A stretch of DNA of 64,000 nucleotides from Alloascoidea hylecoeti (taxonomy: Eukaryota). Made by a program: the position numbers and the translations under genes. A model generated the notes under the pieces. That model had not been told where the DNA came from, did not search any database, and worked only from the letters and a program-made list of their open reading frames with translations. Within the stretch, counting starts at the first letter, position 1, and each line of letters opens with the position of its first letter. Shown in pieces: positions 49,265 through 61,773 of the stretch. Location of the stretch: assembly GCA_001600815.1 (NCBI GenBank), contig BCKZ01000008.1:496001-560000 (forward strand), written 5' to 3'.

Positions 49265-50824
49265 ATGCAGTTACATTTACGTTCATTACTGTTTATTTCT
49301 TTATTCTCAAGCCTAAGGCTGGCCTTATGTTTTGATATCTTAGATACGGATCTCTCATTGCCTGATCTTTCAAAATTAGATTCAAATACTGCGATTAATC
49401 AAATATCATCATCTGCAAAACAATGGCAATTCAGTGGAGATTTTAGTTTTAAACAAAATGCAATTTCATTAAATATGGGTTCTCCAAATCAAAGATCTTT
49501 ATTATTCAATTCAAAACCAAATAATTATGATTCTTATACATTAGATTTAGAAATAATTCATAAAATAAATCCAAATAATAAAAATCATGGCTTTGGAATT
49601 TGGATTTCTGATGAAGAAAATTTAAAAACTGCTCCATTAACCCCAGATGTTAAAAATACAATATTTTCTGGTCCTTCACAATGGAATGGTATATTAATGC
49701 TTTTAGATTCCGATAATAATTTAAAAACCTATACAAATGATGGTTCTATAAGATATGATTCACTTGGTTCTTTGGAATTATCAAAACAATCTTTAACTAC
49801 CGATTGTAAAGTTGATGGTATTAACAAGGATAGTAATAGTATCAAAATTAGTTATGGAAGTAAATTCTTGAGAATTGAAGTTGATGGTAAAGTATGTGGG
49901 TTTTATAATTCAATTTATTTAAAGAAAGGTTTACATTTTGCAGTTTCAAGTTATAGTGGCAATGGTCATGTTGGAGCTGAATATGGTATTAAAGGTATTA
50001 AATTCTTTGGTTCTGAAAAAGATGAAGAAGAGAAAAAACAAGAAGAAAAAGTAATAGAAGAAAAAGTGAAAGAAAGAGAAGAACAACAAAAAGAAGTTCC
50101 ACTTCATGTATTTCAACCATCTATTGGAACACCAAAATCACGAGTTGTTCCAAATGATGCCAAACCAATTGCTAATGGAAGAAAAATGCCTGAGCTTTAT
50201 GATCTTACTTCGGTTGACCTTGATGTTTATCCACCACCTGCTAAACTTCATCAGGCCTTGGCTAAACTTCCTGAATTAGAGATTGCTTTATACTCTCAGC
50301 ATGATGATATTTCTTTACAACCTCAATTACAAGCTTTACAAAAACAAATTAATGAAATCATGGGATTAATTCCAAACAATGCAAATGGTAATTCAAATTC
50401 AAATTCAAATGAAATGGGTAATGCTGAAAGAATTAAAGAACTTAAACCAATGATTGAAACGCTTTTTATGAAAGATCGCCAAAATATAGTAGCCATTGAA
50501 AATTCATCTAAAAAAATTGAAAAACAAAATAATATGATTGTTGAATTAAATAATAAAATTATAAAATTACAAGCACAAACAAAACAAAATACCGATCAAT
50601 TAAATACATTGCAAAGGAAACAATTAGAATTAGAACGTGCTACGAGAAATTCAGTTGAAACTGTTTATAATAGTAATGATTTAAAACGTAATAGTGGTGC
50701 TTTCGATACATTTGGAAATGATTTAATATTTTGGATTTTATTTGTTGTTGGTGGTTGTGTTGGAGGTTTAAGTGTTATGTTTTATAAAATGAGAAAAGAA
50801 GTTAAGAAAATGAAAATGTATTAA
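49265..50824 (+). CDS. L-type lectin ER-Golgi cargo receptor (Emp46/Emp47-like)
   Basis: Signal peptide from ATG 49265; lectin-like HGFGIW...FSGPSQWNGI; coiled coil; transmembrane helix; C-terminal KMKMY (KxKxx). Confidence 0.8.
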   Translation: MQLHLRSLLFISLFSSLRLALCFDILDTDLSLPDLSKLDSNTAINQISSSAKQWQFSGDFSFKQNAISLNMGSPNQRSLLFNSKPNNYDSYTLDLEIIHKINPNNKNHGFGIWISDEENLKTAPLTPDVKNTIFSGPSQWNGILMLLDSDNNLKTYTNDGSIRYDSLGSLELSKQSLTTDCKVDGINKDSNSIKISYGSKFLRIEVDGKVCGFYNSIYLKKGLHFAVSSYSGNGHVGAEYGIKGIKFFGSEKDEEEKKQEEKVIEEKVKEREEQQKEVPLHVFQPSIGTPKSRVVPNDAKPIANGRKMPELYDLTSVDLDVYPPPAKLHQALAKLPELEIALYSQHDDISLQPQLQALQKQINEIMGLIPNNANGNSNSNSNEMGNAERIKELKPMIETLFMKDRQNIVAIENSSKKIEKQNNMIVELNNKIIKLQAQTKQNTDQLNTLQRKQLELERATRNSVETVYNSNDLKRNSGAFDTFGNDLIFWILFVVGGCVGGLSVMFYKMRKEVKKMKMY

Positions 50825-52444
50825 AATTTCAAAATTACTTTTTATTAAAAAACACATAGCATTGTTAATTACTTTAAATTCATACATATTATTTCTTTTA
50901 ATTTTTCTTTTTCAATTCTTATTAGTTGTATTAACTTAAGTTATATAAGTTTTAAACATAAATATATTTATTTATATAGTGAATTGGCTTGTTGTGTAAA
51001 ACTTTACATATATGGGCGCTAACCAACTGTTACTCATTATTATTATTAATTATTCTAGTATTTTTACAATTCGTTAGTAGAACTTCTCCATAACAGACGG
51101 ATACGTTTTTATAATTCTCTTAATAAAACTATATGATCTCTCGAAGATAACGTATATCAAATAGTGAAAAATGATTAAGGTTTGGAAGAGATATTCTTGA
51201 TTGAAGCTTATCAAGAGGTTGATATTCGAAAATGAGCACAAAAGTATTAGATGTGCCTATACGTAGATTATTCTCTGATTTGAAATTGTAAAATTGACAA
51301 TAATAATGAATAACTTCGAATGAAAAACAATATTATTAAACTAAAAACGAATAAATTCTAATAACAGCCTGTAATTATTAAAAAAAAATGCAGAAAGTAA
51401 ATCTGGAGGTTTACCAATTTCCTCCCTCAATTGAAATGGAAAAAGTGGCAACATAACATTCCAAAGTTGTAATCGTGCAGTTAAATTAGGTAGAATGCTT
51501 TGTGGAATTACCATTTGTTAAATATTACTGGACTGAACCACCAGGAACCGGCTCCAAAGCACATATAGCAGAGACAAAAAGCCTATATTCAATGCCTAAA
51601 GTAAATGGTATTGATGGAAAATTTTCATTGGAAACTAGACAGCGCAAGTTTGAAGTAGTAGTCAGTGTTATTAGCTACATCGTTCGTTAGTCACTTTCAA
51701 GAAATCAGATAATCAAGTTTCTGGTCTAAACAAGTGAAATCTATAATCTCAACAAGTTACCGTTCGAGCTGAGAGCCAGACAAGTAGTGAAGACTGACAC
51801 GTTTGAGAGAGTTCTTCATCTTTGGTTGAGTTAATAATTATTGAGTTTCCAACTATAGAGACATTCTTGTTATTTGTTTCCCAGTGCATGGTCCCGGAAC
51901 ATAATCACTGAAGATTACGGGTTCAATTACAAGCCAATCACATCACACTCAATCAACAATATCCAGTTACAAGCTTAAGGAAGTAAGCTTAGAAAGAAGA
52001 AAGAAGATAAAAGATTCTTACAGCAACAAAATTAACTGCTGATTGTGGATAAATAGAATTAAAAGCATAAAAAATAGATATTTTAATGGGTAAATATTAA
52101 AAAAAAAGAAAAAACAATTAATGTTATTATTATCAATGTTACGATTGCAATATTGATTTGATCTTATTATAAAATAGAAGGATCACTTTAATTTCAACTT
52201 AATTAATAAATTATTGTTATTATTAAATTATTTATTCCATATTTGTATAATCAAAATCAATCATCTTATCTATCAACTCTAACATTTATATATATACGTA
52301 GATTTTAAGATCCGATATAATAGTAGTATAAGCTGTTTGTTTGTTTTGGGTTATAGTTGTAATTGAGGTTTCATACACTTAATTGAGAGTGGTAATTTGA
52401 ATGTCATATGAATAGCAATGCAGAATTTCAGAAAGAGTTTACAT

Positions 52445-52775
52445 TTAACTCTTTCTTAACTGCCACCAACAGGCAAAGAATGGGATACCGAAACCAACAC
52501 CTTTTAATAAAAGTTAGATTAAATTCAACATCATAGAAAAAAAAGAAGCAATATTAATCATAAAAGAACATACCGAAGAAACCAAAGTGAACTAACCAAT
52601 ATGGAATAAATCTTCTATTATGAACTTTGAAAGGTAAATTTGTATAAACACCGTCATCGAAATGTTCAGCTTTGACAAGAGAACGAGTGTTGAATGCACG
52701 TCTACCAGTTCCTACTGGTTTAATGGCTTTAGCTGCCTTGGACACCTGTAAAACAGATCTTCTTGCTGCAAACAT
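52445..52775 (-). CDS. COX8: Cytochrome c oxidase subunit VIIc (exons 52775-52574, 52500-52445)
   Basis: Mitochondrial presequence; HFDDGVYTNLPFKVHNRR...HFGFFG/VGFGIPFFACWWQLRKS; GTATGT...CTAAC...AAG intron. Confidence 0.9.
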
Positions 52776-53517
52776 TTTTTGATTTTTGATGGAGGAAAAG
52801 AAAAATTGAACTGTCGATTGGTTGAATTCTTTGAAACACCCATTGATTTTCATTGCACGTGCCTCAACTGAAACCCGGATTATTTTAGTGGAACATTCCG
52901 GGAAAGAAACACCCCAAAAAGTCAGACTGATTCAATTTTTTACGAAAGCAACACTTTTCCTAAAAAGGATCAGGTGTAAGAGTAATATTTTGGGTGACTA
53001 TACCCGTTTGATTGACTTTCTCATCTGACTTTATTGAGATAGAAGCCTTGTATATCTGACTTAAAAGGACCATTGTTCAATCAGGTTACACGAAATTAAA
53101 AAAAGAAGTGGCCATGTATCGAAAATGTACCATACTTGTAAGTTATACGATACTTTTCTTCTAAATTCGCATCTCAGAGTAACTTCATATATTTGTTAAT
53201 TTCCAGATCTGTTTCTGGTTAATCTCGGCAAGTAAGCTCGCACCATTCGACAAACCCCATGATATTCATAATTTAGTTGGATTAATTGGCATAGCTTTAC
53301 AGATTCATCGGATCAAAATATTAACAATTTATTGTAAGGAATTGATTTTAACTAAATAGACTAAGCAACAGGAAAGAAAAATTGAAATACGATTGAATTA
53401 TGTTCAGTTACACAAAAAGAAGTTTATTATCACATAAATATATTCATCATATGTACTTAATCATAATCATAATCATAAGCGTTTTGTTTTAAATTTAAAT
53501 ATATAATTGTAGACTGT

Positions 53518-53873
53518 TTATTTTTTGTTAAGAGAATCAGAAACATAGTCAGCGGCCTCAGCAACTTTTCCTTTAGCTGTTTCTAAGTAAGCACTAGCTT
53601 GGTCAGCAAAGGATTTTTGTTCTGTAGATGCGTTATCAGCACCCTTTTGAAGTGAACCTTTGTCACTTTCTGGTTGAATATTTTTGCCAAATTTGTCAAG
53701 GTAGTCTGTTCCCTTCTCTTGAGCCTTTTCTAATGTATTCTTTTGAGAATCTGGCTTGAGGACTTCAGAAGCTTTATCTGAGAAACCTTTTCTTCCGACT
53801 ATATTGAGAATATTTGATTAGAATCCCATGCATAGAGGTATTTGAATACATATCACAACTTACCGTCTGACAT
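53518..53873 (-). CDS. HSP12: 12-kDa heat shock protein (exons 53873-53864, 53798-53518)
   Basis: Spliced MSDVGRKGFSDKASEVLKPDSQK...SFADQASAYLETAK...AADYVS; GTAAGT...CTAAT...TAG intron. Confidence 0.92.
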
Positions 53874-56800
53874 TGTTGATTTATAGTAGATTTAATAGAA
53901 ATAAAGAGGTGTAATAATTTATTGCCAGAATAATACTGATACAGAATAATACAAAGAATGGGAGAAATGATAGCCTTATATAGTTCACAATTGTAAGTTG
54001 ATCATTGGTAATGATGTAGCAATTGCCACAAATATCAAATGTCAATTGCAAATATAACTCGATAGCTTTAGCTAATCATATTGGAAAGTTTAAACCATTG
54101 TTTGCTACTCAATCTAATTTGTATGCTTTAGGTAATGCAGTAGCTATATAAAAAAATGATCAACTATATTATACAGACATTGTATATGGATGGGGATTAA
54201 TGCTGGTGTATGTATAATGTTATCATTGTTGCAACCAAAAATCTTACTGTACCACGACGTATTAGCCGTATCATTTTTCAATCCAACAGCAATCACACAC
54301 ACAGCGATGTAAGCTACAATGAATTATGAAACTGTTAATATTTTACCAATTGGAAAGGCCATTATGAGCAACAAATCTAAAATATCAGAATGTTGATCCC
54401 AAAAAGACACTTACAAATAATTGTTTACGTGATTAACTACCATAACACATTTTGGGATGATACTTTCAATTCACTTTGCCACCATCTAGATGGTTGCTAC
54501 TCCATAGTTTCCATGGTGTTCTTATTTGTTTAATCTCGAATATTTCTTCTAATCAATTGTGTTATCAAATAAAGTTAACATAACCAGTAAGATATCATTA
54601 TATTATTAAATTAGAAGAGTTAGGAATGGAAGAATCCTAACATTAATTTTTCTGTATTACTACATACATGCTATATTGCAAGTAATTATAGATGTTATAT
54701 CAATCCAGTACCAATCACTCAGAGTCATAATTAGGAAGTATAAGTTATAGATTTACATTTACTTTAAATAAAGCTTATGTTGAATGTACTACAAGCAATG
54801 GAGGATGCCTTATGACGTATTAAGAGGCCATATAAGATCCTATTAAATATATACAAAATTTGGTTGCTGTATCTAAATTTATATTAAGATCAAGTTTAAG
54901 GTGTCATATTAACACCAGCCGATAATAATCATGAGATATGCGTTAAAACTGTTCACACTTGAGCAGTCGATGAGGGGTTGTGCAACTTTTTGGCTTAACC
55001 GGTATCAAACTAGGCGCTATCATGTTAAACAAACTTCAGGATATTAATATAATAATTATGAGAGATTTAAAAATACATAGCATTAAATTATATAATGAAT
55101 TTCATTAATATAATATCCAGATCTAATATAAGATATCTTACACAGATTATGATCATGTTTAAAATGATAACATATTTAAAGTTAACGTTAATGATAAATT
55201 TAAAGACTATATTATGAGCAGCATCTAGACTTTCAAAATGAATATTCATTATACAACCTATGGTTAGACCTTAGAAGAAGAAGTATCGTCCACGAATCTT
55301 GATACAATTGTAAGTCTCTGAGGTAGAATGTTTATCAACTGTTAGTACTAAAGACATGATCCTTTACGAATAACAGTTGTAGGTAGAACATTCAGTCACT
55401 GCAAGTATAAGATCTTGGTACTCTTCTAGCAGCTGTACCAATCGGCTTCTTTGGCCTTGAGATTGATTTTATTTCCCCATTATACAAAGAACGATCACAT
55501 TTTTTACGCTGCGGTATTTAAGCACTTTGCCGAAGGTTGTTTCGTATTTCCAGGTAAATCACTGATCAGGTTCTAATCTGATAATTGAGCAAAATTCCTC
55601 CATAGGTTGTTCACCTCCTCCATAGGTTGGCTGCCTCATCTTTTGCCGCTGTTACCACAAGCTCTGTGATTAATCTCAAACGTTCATCATGGGTGGCTTT
55701 ATGAAGCGGCACTTAACCTTCTAGAACCCTTTCATTCTTATCCAGAATGTTTTCCTTATCCTGTAGCTTGTTAAGGAGTATCTATGACTATGGTGGGTAT
55801 ATGGTACTACATGTATAAAGTTTATGCCCCTTGATCTAAAGCTAGATGTGATATTCTATTTACTTAAGGCTAACTAAAAGAGCAAGAAAATCATCCTCCT
55901 CGCACACATAGATTACACTTTTACGGTCTTGAATTAAAGAGTTTTTGCCATTGTGGGGAGTGGTGGGTGATTAAACAGAAATTAAGATATCCAGAGGTGT
56001 ATTTTCCGTTCCTCGAAGATTGCACCCTCGCTAACGATTGCACCCTCCCGAAGAAACCTACAAAGCGCACCGGCAGTAAATTATTATCTGTCATTAATCC
56101 GATGACTTTTCCCACATCACAATTAATTATTTTGATCGGACTTGCGATATTTCATCATATTTGTCTTATTTAATTGCATGCTTCTGGAATACTATAGCTT
56201 GAAATTTATTATTTTATCATGATCAATTATAATTAGGTGTTGAATCTTTATAATGATCGATATCTCAATTGCAATTAATTTGCAAAATATATATATTCTG
56301 TTCGATATTGATTAATAATTTTATATTATATGATCATGATTTATGAGTCATGAGTGAAATGTTTTGATATACATATATTGCAAATCTTGCAATTGCTAAC
56401 TGGAACTGTTTATAATCTATATAGGTTTATATAGTACATACTATAAGTTATAAATTTCGGCCTATAATAAATATTAATATAGCAATATATATGGATCATG
56501 ATTCATGACCATTCGATATCCTATAAAATATCCGACCCCACACAAAAATACACAACTAATAATTATGAGATCTCATACCGAGCAAGGGATAATCTTGATT
56601 CTTGATTAATAACAGAGTAAAGTATGAAACCCGGATCAATTGCTAATTAATATATCCATGGTTGCATTTTGGCCTTTCAGCAAATTTTCCGAGTGATTGT
56701 GTAACTTTTTGTTCATTTCCCTCTTTTCGTATTAAAAATCTATTAATCACCGATTCACCATCTATTAATTATGCATAATAAATTTCTTTTTTATTTCATT

Positions 56801-56914
56801 TATCCGCGGTACTGGCAATGGCAACCGAGATCGGTTAGAGTTTCTCAAGCTTGATAATATTGATAATTTGATATCATTGGATCATAAATTTCTTAATTAT
56901 GTCACTATTTTATA

Positions 56915-56985
56915 TACCCGGGTAATACCCCGTCGCATATCCCACGGGGTATACGTATGAAACCGAAACTGCGGAGGGATATAAA
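56915..56985 (+). promoter_or_regulatory. Xylose reductase proximal promoter: GC palindromes, Mig1/CreA-like box and TATA
   Basis: TACCCGGGTA; ATACCCCGT-N10-ACGGGGTAT; GCGGAG (SYGGRG) at 56971; TATAAA at 56980. Confidence 0.45.
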
Positions 56986-57105
56986 TTCGAAAATCGTGTG
57001 ATTTTTTCTTTCATCTTCTTCTTTCAGACCTTCACCAATTGGAATTAAAACTCTAGATCTTAAGACACTTATATTCTATTTTCTAATATCGTGACGTGAA
57101 TTAAA

Positions 57106-58086
57106 ATGGCAGCAAAAGCATACCTAGGACCCTATTTAACATTAAACAATGGTTTAAAGATGCCCCAGATTGGCTTTGGTGCTTGGAAAGTTCCAACCGA
57201 TAGTGCTCCTACTACAATTTACAATGCTATTAAAGAAGGATACCGATTAATTGATGGGGCTCAAGACTATGCAAATGAACAAGAAGTCGGTGAGGGTGTA
57301 AGAAGGGCAATCAAAGACGGATTGGTTAAAAGAGAAGAGTTATTTATTACAACCAAGATTTGGAATACTTTCCATGAACCAAAACATGCCATTGAATCGG
57401 CAAAGAGATCCTTGAAAGATTGGGGTTTAGAATATTTTGATTTGGTTTTAATTCATTTCCCGATTGCTCAAAAATATGTTGATCCAGCTGAACGTTACCC
57501 ACCTGGATTATTCACAGATGAAACTGCTAAAAGGATTGATTTGGAACCTGTTCCATTATCAGCTACTTGGGGTGCTTTGGAAACGTTGGTAGAATCCGGT
57601 TTAACTAAAAGTATCGGGGTTTCTAACTACGCTGCACCATTGGTTGCAGATTTATTATCTTATTCAAAGATCAAGCCTTCGGTTTTACAAATTGAACATC
57701 ATCCATATTTAACTCAACCAAGATTGGTAGAATTTGCTCAGAAAAATGGAATTGCAATTACTGCATACTCAACATTTGGCCCTCAATCATTCCTTGAATT
57801 AGGTCATGCGGTTGCTCATTCTACTCCAAAAGTTTTGGAACATGAAACTATTACCAAAATTGCGTCAAAACATGGCAAATCTCCAGCACAAGTTGTTTTA
57901 AGATGGGTGACACAAAGAGGAATTGCAGTTATTCCCAAATCAAATAATATTAATAGATTAAGAGATAACTTGACAGTTTATGACTTTGACTTGACAGAAG
58001 AAGAATTGAAGGCGATTGGAGATTTGAATATAAATTTGAGATTTAATGATCCTTATTCCTGGCCAACTGTCCCCATTTTTGATTAA
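57106..58086 (+). CDS. XYL1: NAD(P)H-dependent aldose/xylose reductase (AKR2B)
   Basis: [43 protein letters not shown]...R, LRFNDP. Confidence 0.93.
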   Translation: MAAKAYLGPYLTLNNGLKMPQIGFGAWKVPTDSAPTTIYNAIKEGYRLIDGAQDYANEQEVGEGVRRAIKDGLVKREELFITTKIWNTFHEPKHAIESAKRSLKDWGLEYFDLVLIHFPIAQKYVDPAERYPPGLFTDETAKRIDLEPVPLSATWGALETLVESGLTKSIGVSNYAAPLVADLLSYSKIKPSVLQIEHHPYLTQPRLVEFAQKNGIAITAYSTFGPQSFLELGHAVAHSTPKVLEHETITKIASKHGKSPAQVVLRWVTQRGIAVIPKSNNINRLRDNLTVYDFDLTEEELKAIGDLNINLRFNDPYSWPTVPIFD

Positions 58087-58287
58087 GAAAAATGATATAG
58101 CATTAGTTAAGTATTATTAGTAATACATTAGTAATATAAACATGTGATCACATTTTCTGCAACCAAAGGGGCTGGACGTCCAGGAAACCAAATTTTGCTT
58201 TTTTGTTTATCTCTAAATCTTCGCGACTCCTGTCATAAATAAATAACATTTCTATCATTTTATAATTGCTTAAAAAACTGCTCCCTC

Positions 58288-59646
58288 ATGCCTGCGGAAC
58301 CGTCTACACCTCCTATGACATGTCACACCCAAATTGACGCGACAAATCCATTGGAAAAATCTTTTGGAGATCTCGACGCGTCGTCTTTCTCGCTATCATT
58401 TTCTAAGTTGGACAATATCATCATCCCCAAAACATCACCTTCAAGAAAAAGAAAGTTAGATGATAGAGATAATGAAAAATTCCTCTCAATATTACCGCTC
58501 ACTCCTTCAACCTCTAAAAAGAACAAGGGTAGAGCAATAATAATTCCTGTTTCGCCTTGTTCTCCAAATTCCCACCATTCTCTCCTAACTCCAACAAAGA
58601 CCCCAGGCAACAGAAAAAAGATCACCGATGCAATTCCATTATCCAATCCAAAATCGAAATCTTCTGCTGGTAGAGTGCTATTTAGTGTTGCACCTACCAC
58701 TGTTGGTACTGGAAGAAAACATCGAAAAGCAAGTCTTTCAATCGAACAGAAACATCAGCAGGAACAATTACACGAACAATCGTTGATCAATCAATCCGAA
58801 TTAGATACTCAGACACCACCATCATCGCCTATTTCATCGAGAATAAGAGAAAATGTTGTTAAATCCGAAAAATTATTATTTAATGAAGATGAATTCAATG
58901 AAACATCATCACCCTCTGTCTCCAATTCCTTTAAAACTTTGGATGAAACCGACACGATCTCATCTACAAATATCACGCATCTTACACCCGTTTCTAAAAT
59001 TGTATCTCCTGATTTTGTGTTACATTCTGATTTCAAGAAAATTCATGGACGATCTCCTATATCTAAGTGTGAGTCTAAAATCGATATTAATTTTGATTCT
59101 GATTCCGATTTTGAAGATGATGGTACTGCCAAAGAACAAAAATTTATAAAAAACCCATTTATTAAGGAATCAACTGCAACCTTATCTTTAACTCCTAAAA
59201 CAACAGTTAAAACGCTGAACATTTCTACACCACAAAAATCAAAGAAAAATCATAGTCCTGGAGTTGTATTTGTTTGCAAAGGAAAGAAAGTTAGAAGATA
59301 TGATATTGATTTATCAAGTTATAAACCAAAGAAACTTTTTGCTGGCTTGAAATCTGTAGAATTAAAAAAGTCTATTGATAGTTCTGATGAATTTGATGAT
59401 GATAGTGATTCTTCTTCTCCAACCTTAATTTCATCACCGACGCCAACGAAACCTCGTGAATATAAAAGAAATAGAACATCGAAGCGTTTAAGGTTTGATG
59501 TATTCAATGATGAAGAGAATAGCACTCATCGTGGTGATATAGCGACTATTTTAGATTCGGAAGAGGAAACGGATCGTGAAACACAAGCAGAAACTAGAGA
59601 ATATTTCAACAATGTTCGAACTCGAAGGAGTATATTAAAGAAATGA
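58288..59646 (+). CDS. Disordered protein rich in S/T-P sites, possibly a Sic1/Rum1-like CDK inhibitor
   Basis: 452 aa; many TP/SP sites (LLTPTKTP, TPQK); GVVFVCKGKKVRR and KPKKLF segments. Confidence 0.6.
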   Translation: MPAEPSTPPMTCHTQIDATNPLEKSFGDLDASSFSLSFSKLDNIIIPKTSPSRKRKLDDRDNEKFLSILPLTPSTSKKNKGRAIIIPVSPCSPNSHHSLLTPTKTPGNRKKITDAIPLSNPKSKSSAGRVLFSVAPTTVGTGRKHRKASLSIEQKHQQEQLHEQSLINQSELDTQTPPSSPISSRIRENVVKSEKLLFNEDEFNETSSPSVSNSFKTLDETDTISSTNITHLTPVSKIVSPDFVLHSDFKKIHGRSPISKCESKIDINFDSDSDFEDDGTAKEQKFIKNPFIKESTATLSLTPKTTVKTLNISTPQKSKKNHSPGVVFVCKGKKVRRYDIDLSSYKPKKLFAGLKSVELKKSIDSSDEFDDDSDSSSPTLISSPTPTKPREYKRNRTSKRLRFDVFNDEENSTHRGDIATILDSEEETDRETQAETREYFNNVRTRRSILKK

Positions 59647-60795
59647 TGTTGGTTATTATGGTTATAATTATTAGATTACATTATAAAAGGGATTGATTTA
59701 AATCAAAATTTACACTCTATTTTATTTTATTCAACTTGACTATTTTTTTCAATTTTCCTCACTTTCGGATCCGGTATATTTTTTCTCCCTTGTTGAATGC
59801 CGAATTATTAACAAGAGTACAGTACATTATAATTATTATCTATTCATTCATTCATTCATTTCATTTTATTATTGGTTATTATGGCTGTTCTGTATTAATG
59901 AGTCAAGTAGTTGTTTCTTGAATTTCTTTTTGTGTTTTCCAATTGCTAGATACTGATTTTTTAAATTGCTTAAATAGCTATCTACTAATGATTTTGTGAT
60001 ATCGATATCATTAATTAGTAGTAAAATCCAATTTCCTTGACTTTAGTTTTTGTGTTTTTTGTTATTATTTAACTACATTTTTCGTGATTGTCTTTCCTAC
60101 ATATTATGTATACTTTAAAATAACATTTTCTATTTTCTATAAGATAGCATAATGCTCTTCTCTTCTAAATAATTTAATACATGGGAAATTTGAATTAAGA
60201 TCCGTACAGTGTTATTGATGTGCTCAAATTTACGCGTGCGGTATAGTATATTATAATTATGGGCATCACATATTATCCGTCTCATTATACCGATCTCTAG
60301 AAAAATTAAAAGACAAGTTTCAACCATCACATCATTATAATATTTAGCAAATAAATCAGATCCAAATTTTAAAAGATTGATCTCTTTTGAACTGATTATT
60401 ATGGTTTGTTTCCACGACTAATTATAATTAATATATCTAATTGAAGGTTTCGGGACGTATGACAACAATACACAACAATTACCGGCAGATCCAGAAACTT
60501 CACCGAATCTTCATACTACATTTATTCTACCGGAGTTTTCTATTTACTCATAATGGCGGAACATATTATGTACTCAATCATTACATTGGCACAAACCTTC
60601 GTTTCATGATTTTAATACAAATAATAACGGAAAAATACAAAAGATGATATGATATGATTATTGAAGAAGGTCAGTATAAAAGAAACTGATTGTTTTGATG
60701 TTTTCCATATCATCTTTCTATTGATATTCAATATTTGCAATATTAAAAAGATTTTTAATTGAAAAACTCATACAATTCAAACAAACTGTTCAACA

Positions 60796-61773
60796 ATGCC
60801 AGGCTACCCAGGAGATTACCTTACTTTTCACGATGGAACCAAGTTCCCTCAAATGGGGTTTGGTACTTGGAAGATTTCTCTAGAAGATACAGCTGATGTT
60901 GTCTATTCTGCAATCAAAGAAGGCTACAGACACATTGATTGCGCACAAGACTATGCAAATGAAAAACAAGTTGGTGAAGGTGTAAGAAGAGCAATTAAAG
61001 ATGGAATTGTTACAAGAAAAGAATTATTTTTAACTTCGAAACTTTGGAATACTTTCCATTCCCCGGAAAATGTTGTTAAGTTTTGTAAGAAGTCATTGGC
61101 TGATTGGGGTGTTGATTATTTCGATTTATTTTTGGTTCATTTCCCAATTGCTCAAAAATATGTTGATCCATCTGAACGTTATCCACCTGGTTTATTTACA
61201 GATGAGGCTGCCCAAAAGATTGAATTGGAGCCAGTCCCAATTTATAAAACTTGGGCTGCTTTTGAATCATTGGTTGATCAAGGTCTTGTTAAGAATATTG
61301 GTCTTTCAAACTTTACGGTTGCGCTTGTTAATGATCTATTAACTTACGCAAGAATTAAACCAGCTTTATGGCAAATTGAACATCATCCATACTTAACACA
61401 ATTAAATACAGTTAAATATGGTCAAAGTCAAGGAATAGTTATGCTTGGTTATTCTACATTTGGCCCCAGATCTTATGAAGAATTAGACAGGAATGATGAA
61501 GTTAGAGAAATTCCAAGTGTTTTAAAACATCCAGTTGTTGAAAAAATAGCTAAAGCACATAATGTTTCAGCTGCTTTGGTTATCTTAAGATGGGTCACAC
61601 AAAGAGGTATTGCATGTATTCCAAAGACTGTATTCCCAAATGAGTTAAAGGAAAATTTGAAAGCTTTCACTTTTAATTTAACTGAAGACGAAATAAAGGA
61701 AATTAACAAGTTAGATAGACATGCTAGATTTAACAATCCAATTGATTGGCCAACTGTTCCAATTTTCGATTAG
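60796..61773 (+). CDS. Second aldose/xylose reductase paralog (AKR2B)
   Basis: Same AKR motifs (DCAQDY, SKLWN, LVHFP) and identical C-terminus WPTVPIFD; cofactor loop reads IPKTVFPNE. Confidence 0.93.
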   Translation: MPGYPGDYLTFHDGTKFPQMGFGTWKISLEDTADVVYSAIKEGYRHIDCAQDYANEKQVGEGVRRAIKDGIVTRKELFLTSKLWNTFHSPENVVKFCKKSLADWGVDYFDLFLVHFPIAQKYVDPSERYPPGLFTDEAAQKIELEPVPIYKTWAAFESLVDQGLVKNIGLSNFTVALVNDLLTYARIKPALWQIEHHPYLTQLNTVKYGQSQGIVMLGYSTFGPRSYEELDRNDEVREIPSVLKHPVVEKIAKAHNVSAALVILRWVTQRGIACIPKTVFPNELKENLKAFTFNLTEDEIKEINKLDRHARFNNPIDWPTVPIFD

